Shown here: in pieces, positions 37,881-51,500 of the stretch
How positions within the stretch are numbered: the stretch's first letter is position 1
How the letters are laid out: each line of letters starts with the position of its first letter
DNA from: Tubulanus polymorphus
Taxonomy: Eukaryota > Animalia > Nemertea
DNA: 64,000 nt
Assembly: GCF_964204645.1 (NCBI RefSeq)
Contig: NC_134025.1
Span: forward strand, 8,184,001-8,248,000
Direction: 5' to 3'
Made by a program: the position numbers and the translations under genes
The notes under the pieces: generated by a model
The model's database searches: none
What the model was told of the DNA's origin: nothing
What the model saw: only the letters and a program-made list of their open reading frames with translations

Positions 37881-39073
37881 AGTTATAGATGATTGATCGA
37901 TGGTATTTACTATCAGACTTACAGGGGCTCGTAAGCTGTATGTAGTGTAAAATGATAGTCTCATTAGCACGATTAGACTAATCGAAAAGGAATACGAAGT
38001 GGACGGCAAAGTATTATTTCCGCTATTTAACCGTTCATTATTACATTATTACTATTACTTACCGACCCCTTTTGAACTCTAGGGGCTTGGAAACGCTATT
38101 TCCAGGCATTTTTCATCTTTGAATGCTGTTAATTTAATTACCCAAAAGATGGAAAGTTTTTATGCAAAGAAGTTGAAAAAAATATCGCAGATTGTGGATC
38201 ATGCAAATCTTCCAGTTTTCAGTATAGAGCACGTAAGCCCCCTAGCTGGTTCCTTACAAGATCTGACACAGGATGCAACATGATAGTAGATGATTTTAGC
38301 TGGAACCTCCACACAGCAAGGATACTTATATTTACTTTCTATTTTACAAGTTATTGGGAAATCAATAAACTTTCTACAATTTTGCACCGCTATTGAATAA
38401 GACTTAGGTGGCTGTGAGTAGCCTTCTATGAGATATTTTACGTGCGCGATTGCGCGCCTCAAAATCTAACCCCTGGTATATAGTGTTAACTAATAAAAGT
38501 AACAATAAACTCATTATATTGGGTTTAGGGTTAAGGTTTTGATCGGGTCCAGAGGGTTCCGTTTTACTCCTAGAGAGGGATAGGATTAGGGTAAGGTGAG
38601 GTACTATAGACAGTTAAAACATTCGGTTGGTTTTCTAGTAGGGAGACGCTGCACTTGTAATTTACTGGCCCGGGTTTGATTCTTGCTCTCTGCGCTCTAT
38701 TTTCCCTAACTCTGTTCTCCTCACTTTCCTTGAATTTTCTAAGTCGCGCACCTCTGTACGCATGCGCGGCGTAAATCTGCCGATCAGCGACGATGTACTG
38801 TAAAATAGCGGAAATAAATACTTAGCTGTATACGGTAAAATATCCACTGCGAAAGGAATAGGCCTAGGGTAGGCCTCTAGGCCTCGACGAAAAAAGTGCA
38901 GCAGTCACTACGTACGTTACACCACACCACATAGGGAGGGTCAGGTGACACAAATAGACTAAATGTTAGTAGAGCGACTCTCGCATCTTAGGCTATGCCT
39001 TTTGTCTGGACTGGTGAATAGTATTGTTACTTTTACTTTCAGGAAGTTGAGCTAATGAGTTTGTGCTAAAAAA

Positions 39074-41819
39074 ATGGATTCAAATAATGCTAATTTTGTA
39101 ACACCAACTGTGAGTAAGTATTCGATTTCGGTATGATTGAACAAAGAAATCAGCCTCTCGATAAGTAGAACTTGATAGAATGTTTAATTTTTTGCTGACT
39201 TGATTAAGTTCCAGGTCCGGGTCCAATTCCAAAAAACATTGGTAAGAGGCCACCACCCACTGCTATATCAGCTCCTGTTGAGCGTAGACGCAGTTCACAA
39301 CGTTCTATAAAAAGGAAAAAATTTGATGATGAAGTGGTAGAAAGTAGCCTTATCAAAAGCGAGCCAAAAAAGTTTGTAAAACCTGAAGGCCCTGTACAAG
39401 TGGAAGGGGTTCCTCCTCCACCACCAGAAAAGAAAAAACTTAAGGTTTGTATTTATTGAGGCTGTATATGATTCTTATTATAAAGTGAAATCTCTTTCAT
39501 CCAATAATACTTTGCAATGATATCATTTTCTTTCAGTCTAAGTCAAAAAAGAGCAAAAAAAGGAAGGTAAGATACCCTTTCAATCATTTCATGTCATGGA
39601 ACAGTTAAAGTTATTGTATTCAAGATACCGGGTAACCTATGAATTGCAACAAATTTCTCAATTTTAGAGGGCAACTGCAGATGCACCGAATAAAGACTTG
39701 GGACGATGGAAACCACAGGATGATCTTGCTTTGATAACTGCTGTACAACAGGTACATACTAGCAACAGAAAAATAGTGTGGATCTTGAATAGCTGTCATA
39801 GTGTTTGGTTATAGAAGCTAAATGTCCTGGCATCTGAAGAATTTGGGTCCCGATGTTGCTTGAAGGAATAATTTCTGCATTCTTAATTGTTTTTACTTTG
39901 CAGACATGTGATTTGAAAGCTGTCCATCTTGGCATTAAGTTCACATGTAAATTCACACTTAAAGAAGTTCAAGAACGTTGGTACATATTACTATATGATC
40001 CAGTCCTTTCAAAGTAAGATATTCATTCAGTTTATCGATAGGGAACACCAGTGAACATTCAGGTACTCAAATTTCTGCTTATCTTAAAATTTGACAGATT
40101 GGCTTTGAATGCTATGTATCAACTACATCCGGACAATGTTGCTGCAATTCAAGCTCGAACCCTATTCAGCAAAGAGGAAGAAGATATCCTTAAAACAATC
40201 ATCTCAGTTGTAAATAAGATAAGATCAAATATGCAAAAATGAATTTAGTAAGTAATTCACCTCATTTGTCATATTGATGTCATTTTGTATTTTAGAATAG
40301 TCAACCAACTGTTGATGTTTTCCAAGAGTTGTTACAGAAACATCCCACTGTATTTCATTATGCTCGTACTGCTAAGGCACTCTATAATCATTGGCTTCTG
40401 TTGAAACAATATCATCTGCTTCCAGACCAGTCAGGTACAGAATGAGTCGGTAATTAGTGTCAACAATATATTTGTTTTAAACTGCTATTTTCCAAGATTA
40501 TGTCCCTATTTTTTCTGATTAGTTCAACCGATGCCAAAAGGTGATCATGTACTGAATTTCTCAGATGCGGAAGATTTGTTGAATGATGAAGATTTAAAGT
40601 ACGTTTATGTGAACTTTTTTTGCCGAGATTATGATTACTTCAAACTTATTCAAACTATTATATTGATTTCAGAGACCCTGCTGATGTTATAATGGAACAA
40701 GGTAAGCCCACCAATCAGTATCCTTTCGGACTTACTTTTCTGGTTAGTTTCTTTTATTTTACTTCATTCCTGCATCAATCATGATTTTCAGAATTGAGTA
40801 TTGCTGATCGTAAAAACAAGAAAGAGATTAGGACCTTGGAACAAGAAATACCAAAGTGGCAAGTTTTGGTAGATAGTGTTACAGGTAAATCCATGAACTT
40901 ACACAATATTCTTCCTGAATATTCAGTTGAATTCAAATACGAATGAACTCTGATATCATTCATCTCTTTAGGGATCAGTCCACCAGATTTTGATAACCAG
41001 ACATTAGCAGTACTAAGAGGGCGTCTTGTGCGATATTTAATGCGTTCAAAAGAGGTTTAATGCCATTTTTCATTTTGATTATTTCTAACCATAAATTATC
41101 ATGAAATAAAGTGATAAATTTTTATTTATCTTATGTACACAGATAACTCTTGGCAGAGCAACCAAAGATAACTTGGTGGATGTCGACTTAACATTAGAGG
41201 GTCCAGCATGGAAAATATCACGTCGGCAGGGAGTCATCAAGTTGAGAAATAATGGTGAATTCTTTGTGGCAAATGAAGGCAAAAGGCCTGTTTATATTGA
41301 TGGTAAACCAGTGTTATCTGGTACAAAACAAAAGCTTAATAATAATTCTGTTGTAGAGGTAAATGATTCAGCATCATTTTAGCCGACTTGTCCCACCGAG
41401 CTATTGTATTCACTTGTCCTCCACCCGTAAATGGATTCCAGATATTTTGGGAAGTTTTGGAGATGATTCAATGGATTTTCTCTCTTGATATTTTGTTTAC
41501 ACATGTATTTGGTGTAGACACATCAGCAGCCCAAATCTGGCCTGTTTCGTATAAAGATGACTGACCATAGCCAAAATCATAGCTTAGTAACCATTGGGCA
41601 ATTTTTTGCTTTGAATACAGAAATTGTCAGATTGTCAAGCATTTCACCAAGTGTGCATGGTGTCCCTGGACTACTTCTTATTTGATAATAGTGTAATTAG
41701 CATTATAGCAATCAAAACATGTATTTATGCATTTACAGATGAGTGGACTGCGTTTTATATTTCTTGTCAATCAAGATTTAATAAATGCCTTAAAGTCAGA
41801 AGCACAAAGGAATACCTGA
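39074..41819 (+). CDS. MCRS1: Microspherule protein 1 (FHA domain; INO80/NSL complex subunit)
   Basis: RRSSQRSIKRKKFDDEVVESSL, LGRWKPQDDL, ERWYILLYDP, LAVLRGRLVRYLMRSKE, DVDLTLEGPAWKISRRQG; stop 41817-41819. Confidence 0.97.
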
Positions 41820-42769
41820 AATAGACATTAGTAGTTTGAAGAACTTGTGTGCAATCTTATCTGTATCAAATGCAGTATAAATGGGATGCAGACTTATCAT
41901 TTGCGAGAATGGAGCAGAATTTGCGATCACCGTCATACGGAGCTGGATGATTTTCGGTGGATGACAATAGTATAACATGAAAACCAAAATTGGAAATTGT
42001 GTGGTGCAATGATGTATATACCCGGTATACATTTACTATGATACTTTGGATTATGTAAAGTGTGATACCGAATAGTTCATAGTTAGAGCTCATTGGAAAA
42101 CATTAGTTATTGAAATGTCTTTTTTAATGCACCTCTGTTATTATTATCATATCATATGGCACAATAAAATCATTTACACCAAAGTATGAAGGTACATTCT
42201 CGTTTCATACGCAACCTAAAATTTGGATTGAATATCTGTCAATTGGATATGATAAAAGAATGCGATTCTTAGAAGGAATTTACCAGAATTAAGAGATTAA
42301 GATGATATGCCTAAAAATGATTAAAAAAAACGCATAAAAGTTTAAATAATCAAGAATATTTTTAATAAGATGGTACATTTTCTATACATATTTTGCGAGT
42401 GAATTCAACCACAAAAACAAAAATTGATGACCACTTAAACGACAATGAAAGATCCATTACAATGAGTTTAACTGACATTAACTGAATGTATAGTAATGGG
42501 AATCTTTTCTAGCAGCACTAGATTAAGGTAAATGAAACACCAATTCAACCTTCGATATAACTTTCATATTAAACGGACAAGCCTGAATCTTGCCAGCAGT
42601 TTATCTATGTACATTACAGACTTGTGGCTCTTAACTACAATATAATTAACACAATTTAAAATTACAACAAGATAATGCTATAACAAATCAACAATTTTAA
42701 GTAGCAAGAAAACCTCTGGCACCGAGAAATGTCAGCAGATTAGTGAACTTACAAATTCGTACTCTGATA

Positions 42770-42941
42770 CAGTGGAACCTTGTTAAAACATCCTCGTTCA
42801 TAACAATTTATGTTACTTCAAATCTAGAGTTTCGTCCCAAGTAGGACAGTTTCACTAATTTCATACTCGATATTAACGAACTATCGGTTATAACCAACAT
42901 ATTTTCTGGTCCCCCAAGTTTGTCGAAATGAAGTTCCACTG
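42770..42941. mobile_element. Tc1/mariner (pogo/Tigger-like) MITE
   Basis: TA|CAGTGGAACCT ... AAGTTCCACTG|TA. Confidence 0.85.
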
Positions 42942-43104
42942 TAGTGTGAAATCATATAGGGTTCTAACTGTGAAATATAAACATTATACACCAAGAAATA
43001 AAATGTGGATTACACACTGTTAAAAGAATGGCAAAAATTTAAGAAGTGATGAGACTGAAGCAGCTAATAGTCAATCATGATATCTCAATCTAAAAAACTT
43101 AATA

Positions 43105-43239
43105 CAGTGGGACCTTAAAATAACAAACTTGGATATAACATAGTATATCACAACCATAGAATTTTGTCACTCAAAAATTTCATATTGGATATATACAATT
43201 TTCAGGTCCAATAAAGTTTGTTGTAACGAGATTCCACTG
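43105..43239. mobile_element. Tc1/mariner MITE, related family
   Basis: TA|CAGTGGGACCT ... AGATTCCACTG|TA. Confidence 0.8.
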
Positions 43240-44068
43240 TATATTTGGATCATCCATCCATCTTTAAATAAGAGGGCAATCCATATGGCAGATTATTATT
43301 GAGAATCAATGCCCCAGTTGAAAATGTCCTTCGTGAATATCCCGGTTACCTTGATGCAACCCAATCTTTTTGTTTACATGTACTAATTGGTAAAGCTATA
43401 AGCGAAAAAGTGCAAGAAAAGTACCCCACCTGTTCTTGTCCACGTATGGTGACAGAAAACAAATGCAATAGCAGCCCACTTAGGGTGTAGCCCCAGTGTG
43501 CTGAAATGCATAAATTATTTAATTGACATTACATCAACCAGGAAAAAAGTAAATGGAATATAGTTGACCCAAAGAGCAAAACCACGCAGTACACCATTAT
43601 CAATTTATTGATGTATTAGGTACACCCTAGTAATATATTTCATAAAACATGTGATTGCAAATAATCATTCTGCTTTTTGTGAACATTTTATATATAGCGG
43701 TAACAAATACCGAAAATAATACAAGTTAATTCTCAGCACATAGGTAAGTAAACGAATGCCAGATACGAAGACAGCATTCATTGATTGCTGTGTCAGTTAT
43801 CATATCGAACAATGAATAATTTACTCAAAACAAAAGAAGGAAGAATCCAACGAATGATATTGCAAATTTAAAACATTATGCATTCCACAAAACGAGTATT
43901 TCCAAAAAGTACGGTATATGAAAGGAAGCACAGATAGTTGAAATATATGTCATAGCACCAACTGCGGTGGATGGAGTCAATAATCAATAACTTGTAGAAA
44001 TAAAGGCATTAAAATGATAAAAAATTGACAAGGTGTTGTTGCCCGCTAACTTGTACAACATAAAGACA

Positions 44069-44240
44069 CAGTTGAACCTTGTTAATACGATTCTGTTTAA
44101 GATGAAATATGTTATTGCAATGATTTTCAGCATGTCCCAGCTAAGATGTGTATATCAATCAAACTTTGGATAATACGAAACCCATTTAATATAACAAAAT
44201 CTTTTGCCCACAAGATTCGTATTAATGACATTTCCCTCTA
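44069..44240. mobile_element. Tc1/mariner MITE, decayed
   Basis: CAGTTGAACCTTGTTAATACG start; internal similarity to 42770-42941; degenerate right end. Confidence 0.6.
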
Positions 44241-44936
44241 GAAATTAATTCATTATAGATTATCAAAATGTATGCGCACTCTGAATTTATGGAAAGAACC
44301 TGGCTTCTACAATTGTTTCTAGCAATAAACTACTACATGTATTCTATCTTTCAAATTAAGTACATCATTAATGAAATGCAATCATTTGTTAATGTCAATG
44401 TGCCTCATAAAAATACAATACATAACACTCTAGCCATGGAGAATTTGAATACAATTTTCATATTTTAACATATAAGAAATAAGATATCTACAGCCTGATA
44501 AACCTGTCAGTGTTGCATATCAAAGACAATTCTTTGAAAATAATTTCGATGTCATAGAATACATATTGAAGGAAAATTCTGAAATCCATTGTCACACAAA
44601 TATTCTTTGTAAATTCTGTAATATGGAATGGAAAATTATTAGGCTGCCTCATTTAAAACTTTGGTCATAAACAAAGGCATAGTAAGAATGATGAAGAATA
44701 AGATAAAAATTGAGCAATAACAATTTTAAGTTTTAAGTCACTCTGAAGACTGATTAACATATCATACACTGTACAGAACAGAGGTAAAGAAAATACATAA
44801 ACATGAACTGTGATATATGATCTTTGTAAAGCTTTTGCTACGATGTATTACTAACAACACAATATACATCCATTTATATATTTCACAAAAACACTATCAT
44901 TCAGGTTGAAAAAAGTGATTGGACCCAATTTTACGG

Positions 44937-45107
44937 AGCTGAAACCTCGTCATAACAACCTCGGATATAAAAATTTGTTGGCTATTAGAAACCTCGAATT
45001 TCTCCCAAATAGGACAATTTCATAACTTCATACCAGATATAATGAAATATTGGTTATAGCAAACATTTTCTGGTCCCCTGAAGCTTGTTGATACAAGGTT
45101 CCACAGT
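44937..45107. mobile_element. Tc1/mariner MITE, decayed
   Basis: ctgaaacctcgtcataac ... ttttctggtcccctgaagcttgttgatacaaggttccacag; collinear with 42770-42941. Confidence 0.7.
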
Positions 45108-45559
45108 GATTTCCTAACCTAATAAGTTCCAGCAGATACCTGTCAACCTAAAATGCAGTTTTCAAAATTCGTTCATACTTCCAAGATCATTCTAATACTT
45201 GTCCTCAATTCAAATCACATGCAGCATGCATAGTCTCATTATATAAGAGTAATATGTATGATAATAACTCCATGCACATGCACCAAAATAGACCATCCAT
45301 AACTTCTCGTCTTTGTCGGCCGAAAAGAAGCCAGATGCCCAATTGCACAGAAGGCCTACAGTATACTTTTTTATTTAGATTCTACTAAGTTATGTGTGGT
45401 GAAATGCGTTGTAGGATTTCAAACAAAAAATATAGACTATCATGGAAACTGGCCGCATTCATATTCATAACAGCAATGTTTCACCAAAATGTTATCAATG
45501 CATTCAAAAAAGGTGAGAACAAAACAACAAAATCACAGTTTCAGTATACACTTCTATAT

Positions 45560-48500
45560 CTAATGACTAATATGTCCATTTATATGATTCATATCGCCAT
45601 TAACCAATATGGTTCCATTGGTTTTAGTAGATCGTTTTTCAGATTCCAACCCTTTGTTAACCGCCACTTGGGTTGTGCCATTTTGTATTGCAATTCTTTT
45701 GCCTTCATCTACAACAGGCTTTGAATCACCACTTAGACCATTTGCAGTTGTACTGATGAACTTTTCTGGCTGAGCAATACCATTGAGTGAAGTTTTTATG
45801 GGCTTTCTTTCGTGCCTTGGACTCTTAGGTTGACGTTGTGGTAATGAAACATTAGTCGCTGCATTTTCACTATCATTTAGTACCTGTTTAGACGGAGAAT
45901 CTCCTATTTCTTGCTTAGATTGCCTCTGTGGACTTTTTGTATCCCCTTTACCTTCATTACCTTCGGTAAACGGTTTACTGTGGATCAAATCACTAATTTC
46001 TAGAGACTCACGCTGACGCCGTTCACGGAATCGTTGTCTACGCTGTGCATTTCTGTTTGGTGTACGCTTTTCTGGACCTAAAACATATGCAAAACACAAA
46101 AGTAGGAAAATGTAAAAATTTGTAGGAACGGAACCTTAATCATTTGAATGTTAAACAAGAGGCTTATTGAAGTATTTCATTTTGGCTGATTTCCACCTCC
46201 AGACTTTCAATAGCTTACTTCTGCTTTCATCAGATTCTTTTTGTCCAGTTGGTTGAGGCTTTTCTGCAGATTTTTGTGGTCTTCTCGAATCCAGTTGGCT
46301 ACTGGTCTGTGGAGGATTTGCAGCTTTGTGTGTACTGCTTACAGGTCGTCTAGGACTGCGAGAACTATTCCCTTGTGGTCGATTAGAACTTTTTGGATTT
46401 GGCCCATTCCTATTGGTGCGACTTGGACTTGACTGCAGGCGAGAAGGACTGCGCTGATTATTTCTACTGGATACTGGACGAGTTGGACTACGAGGTTTTT
46501 CTTTGGATGGCAATCCCTAAAAAGAGCATACAATGAAAATAAATCAATTCACTATTTATAACAACAATGCCTACTAGGCAAATATGATAAGAAGCTTTCA
46601 TCAACGATGATAAAAAATCAATATGATGCTCAACATCAAAATCTAGATTATAAGTATAATCTACCTGCAACTGGAGGGATTTATTTAGTCGTTGATGAAG
46701 TTCAGCGATCTCAGAAGTAGACATAGATGTAGAAGAGACAATTTCACCTGAAGCTATAATATAATGTTCATCATTAAGTAAATACCAGTACATGCGTAGT
46801 TGTATGTTTTTCAAAACTCTCATGAGATAATCAAGAAATGTCAACTCACAGATATTTGTTTGCATAGAATAAGCATCAGTAGATAGCTTTAGGGGTGTTT
46901 TATCGCTGTCAGCAGGTGAGTCAGATGGACGGCGTAGAGAATATGCAGCACGAACAGGAACCACTGGATTCAATAAAAAATAAAACAATTAGTATCTCCA
47001 TGAAAGATTTTGGTCACTTGTTCTTTTGGTTATGACTCAACTAACACTAAAAGGAATTCTAACTAGACAGAAATACTCATGATTTAACTCACCCTTGCCA
47101 AATGTTTTAATTATCTCCAAAAGTGGATCAGAATCATGGAAAAATCGGGTAGCATGACATAATTCTTCATCAATTTTACGATCACTAACAAAATGCTGTA
47201 AAATAAGAGTAAACATTGAATAAGGATTGGTTTTGATATTGATTTAAAAATTTCAACAACAGTTCAATCATATGAGCTACCACTTTGTTTTATGACATAT
47301 GTTGTAAACAGTCAGAAAGCATCAGAATAGTAATATCGACTTGAGCCAAATCATCTAATTAATTTTCAAAGTGGAAATTTCCAATAATTCTACTCGGTTT
47401 CACACATGTTAGCAATATAGATACTGGATACAGTCAAGAAATTTTCAACCTCCTGTGTAATGATTGATAAAAATCAAGTAATTTTTCAATTGAATACTCT
47501 TATGCAAGTAATCTAATTGAACTTGTAAAAGCCACAGTAAACGATACAATAATATACTGACTGAAATTCAACACAACAGTTAAATAATACAGCAGATAAA
47601 TCTAGACAGAATCAATAGACAACACAACAGCTTGGCATAACGATTTCAATCAGCTAATACGTACAACATACATGTACAACCGTTTTATAACAATATGTTT
47701 TCAAACACTACAATAATCATCTGATCATTTTGTAAATTGCTTATCATAAGATTTAGTCATTGACAATTCCAAAAGATTTCATTCGAAGAAACTGAAATTG
47801 AAATTTCTATAACAAATAGATAAAAACTACGACTATTTCACTATTATTTTTGTTTCAGTCATCTGGACACCACCTGATCCTACATCGACAGATGTTTCCA
47901 GAGAATTCTTATCAGATGTCTTTATATTGTCTTTTTAAATCATATATGAATAGTGCTCCATGGCAAGATATAAATCATATTGTACAATTTATTGAAATCA
48001 ATAACTCATACTAAATTCCATATACCATACTGACTAGAGTACACCAACACACAAATCACTCTAATAACACTGACCTTAATTTCTGCCCTAAGCTCCGATA
48101 GCTGAGCATCATTCATAGTTTGAGCACGTTCTGTTTTAATCTTGAGATCAACTGCTTTCTCTTGACGTGAAGAGAGAATAGAATCTGTAAAAGCGGAGTA
48201 AAGGTAATAAAACCTAAGTCTATGATGGATATTTTCAGCGATATTCTTAAACCGAGCTTACACTTAATATGTCTTAATCAATGAACTAAATATTGCATAC
48301 ATCCAAGAATAAGAAAATCACGAATTTAACAAATACCACGTCATTAATACAAACCTCCTGCAAGTTTTACTTGAGCAACTTCCGTACGTAATTGTGACTC
48401 TTGTTCTTCTAGTCTGAAATTTCAGGAATGAGCAAACACAGTAACGACAAAGTCATATACGTATACAAATATTGAGAAATGTTATCTGGAATACTGGTAC

Positions 48501-51500
48501 GTACTCTTTTTTAATCAAATCAAAAACTGACTTAATACGTTTATACGAGCGATCAATTTCATCACCAAATATCATTTTTAATCGTTGTAGTGACACCGTC
48601 TGTCTATGTAGGTCTTTGACAGATTTCTCAAGCCCTGCAAAAATTACAACACTACAAATACACATGCACTTGTCTAGTTTCAAGGATGGACAAAATATTT
48701 AAGACCAACACACCTTTATGCCGCCCTGGCGATGATATAATACTCGAATTACTGCATTCACTGGTCGTTCTTTCACGCATCTTTTCCTCATCTACACAGA
48801 TGTAAATATGCTAATTACAATACAATATCATTTTGTTCATGGAAAAGAATTAACACATATGTATTGGGAATACTAAATGGAGAATACAATATTTTCAAAA
48901 TCGATTGTCACTGGCTGTCATTATTTTGCTCACCCTAAATTTAGCCGGGTTAATCAAAAGAGACATTACAGTTTGGTATGAGAATGTATCAAAAATGTGC
49001 TTGACATGAGTTAATAATACACCATGGGTGAGAATTACACCTCTGTACATCTAATAAGTATCAACTTACGCATGAGAGTCTGAGTTTGGGATCGATGATC
49101 TGATGAACTCTCTGATTTTCGGTTGTGACGCCTTGGGGATACATGTCTGGCATTGTTCTTGTGTGTGGGTCTCGAGGAAATGATCCTGGCCTCATTTTTG
49201 CGCTCAGTTGGCTTCCCCTTCACAATATCTTTCACTGGCAAGGGTGAATTGGTTGGTTTCAATTCAGGTTGTTTCACCTTGTGCTCTGGCTCTGAAGAAA
49301 TGTCATGTAACAGAGCAGGCAGGTCAGGTTTTGGAGCACTGGCATCATCTATATTGGAAACTGCAGTAGCACCTTCATCTGCAGAATGAACACCTTCGAG
49401 ATCTAAACAATGGAATTAATGGATCTAAACATATAACCTTATCATAAATATCATTTCACAGGGAGAAGGTCCCTGGACAGGTGGATATTCATTTCATGAA
49501 TTTTGGGTATTGTTATGAAAAGGTTGTTCCAACCTTGAATTTCTGTGTGAATATCAATGGCAGCAGTTGTGTTTGCATTGTGATCTGTCCCTTCTTCAGT
49601 ATCAACTTTCGGTTTGTTTTTCTTTTTGCGATTGTTACGACCTTTGTTGCTTTTTGTCTGAAATAGATATATAACTGAATTCAAATCCATTATCGTGATC
49701 TCTGATCACTCCACCTAATTATAATTTATGGCAGCGAGTCACCAGCTAAAATATTGTTGTTTCATCTCTTCAATAAACTTTTGGAATGATTTCTTATGAA
49801 ATTCTGAATGTGGGAATTTTTATCTATAAGTCCTACCTTATTTCCAGAAAATTGCCACTCTTCTAAAGCTGCCTTTGCTCCATCTAGAAAGAAAAAGAAT
49901 TCCTTCATTTATTCAAACTTCAATTCCATGAAAACCTTTTTACCGGGTGTATTACGGCACTTATTTCTAACTGAACTCCATAAAAGGTTGTTCAAATGCG
50001 GAGCCGCAAGCAATGAAAGAAATAAGATATACACAGTATGTATATTCTGTGGTGGCTTGGCAAAACTACATAAGAAATGGCTGTTTAAATTCTATTGGCT
50101 TCATACCATTACCCAGTGGTTAAATATTATACGTGATCTGATCAACTACTGGTAAGCAAGGCTATTTGTATCCCTGAGCAAAACTATTTTTGAGCCGAGA
50201 ACTTAAAATTCATATTTCTATTTGTGAAACATGATCCTGTATTGATTCAAATCAATTCCCACTAGGTAAAATGCATATCCCTAAAATACAGTTCATTAAC
50301 ACATGTATATCCATAAGATGAACAATGCATGCTTGTCTTTCATAATTTCAAATCTATGCAGAAGTAAAATATGCAATGGATTTTCACACATTTTCAACAT
50401 TATGCAATAATGATTAGCTGTTATGGCCTGAGGGTATATACAATAGTATATACAGAAAAAAAGATATCCATTAGATTAATGCCGTCAACAGCATATTTCA
50501 CATGAAAACATGTATCAAACTAATCATAATGTAGGCCTACTATTGAATTTTTGAAAGCCATGTTGGAGAACTAGGTATGTTATAATCCTGATTGACGTTA
50601 TAGATTTTCTCAACAGACCTTCAATGTTAGGGAAACAGTTTGGCCGAAAAAATTTCACATTTGTTTTCTTTTTGAAAATGTTTTGATGTGTTTGTGGTTA
50701 GCAGAGGTTAGTGGGCCATTTACAAAAGATGTGTTGCACACATTTTTTTCAGGATTTTTCTAAGCAGTGGATGGTACCACTTCAGCATCGTCTAGACAGT
50801 TCAACACAAATCATCTTTCACAACTGTAAATCTGAGGATGAACCAAGAACAATAAACAAATTTTACCTTCTACAAATGCCTGTATAGCGCATTCAACGCT
50901 ATAATCATAATACTGTAGGACAAGGACGATTTCGTTGTTGCTTCTGCCAAGTACAACCTCACGGACTGCTTGTACCTATAGAAAACCAGCAAAAAATTAA
51001 ATTAGATAATCATAGAAAGAATGAATTATCTAAAATCTGATTTTCGATGGAAAACAAAAACAGAACAATTTCTTTAACGGAATAGATTACGGCGTATTTA
51101 CACTCTATCAAAATGACACACAAGTCAAATCAATAACATTGAGAAAGCATTTTCATATATTTGCCTATTCCCTTAAGAATACAGATAAAGTTAAAACCCT
51201 TTAATTTCAGTCTTGATCGATCGCTTTTTTATGCTTATTACAGAATCTCCTCACAGAAATTGTGATGGCAATCAAAATTTCAGACACGCCGCTGTGTTAT
51301 CTCATCACACGGTGAATTCAGCTTCAAGTGACAAATACTAATTATTTTCACTATAGATCGATAACGAAAGCCTTTTATGATTATGAATAATTCATCGACA
51401 TTTCAAACTTGAACGATAATAATGAACGAGTAGTTCAGAATGTTTTAACCATTAAAGTACGTCTCACTCAATCTGATATCAATATTGAATTCATAAACAT

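Noticed and set aside
38460-38600. Telomeric repeat or telomerase RNA template (GGGTTTAGGGTTAAGG)
   Set aside because: Only two or three degenerate units in an intron; more likely a repeat remnant
50700-50830. Extra coding exon of SPATS2
   Set aside because: Both candidate acceptors lead to stops within about 10 codons; the homologous exon is near 49837-49883
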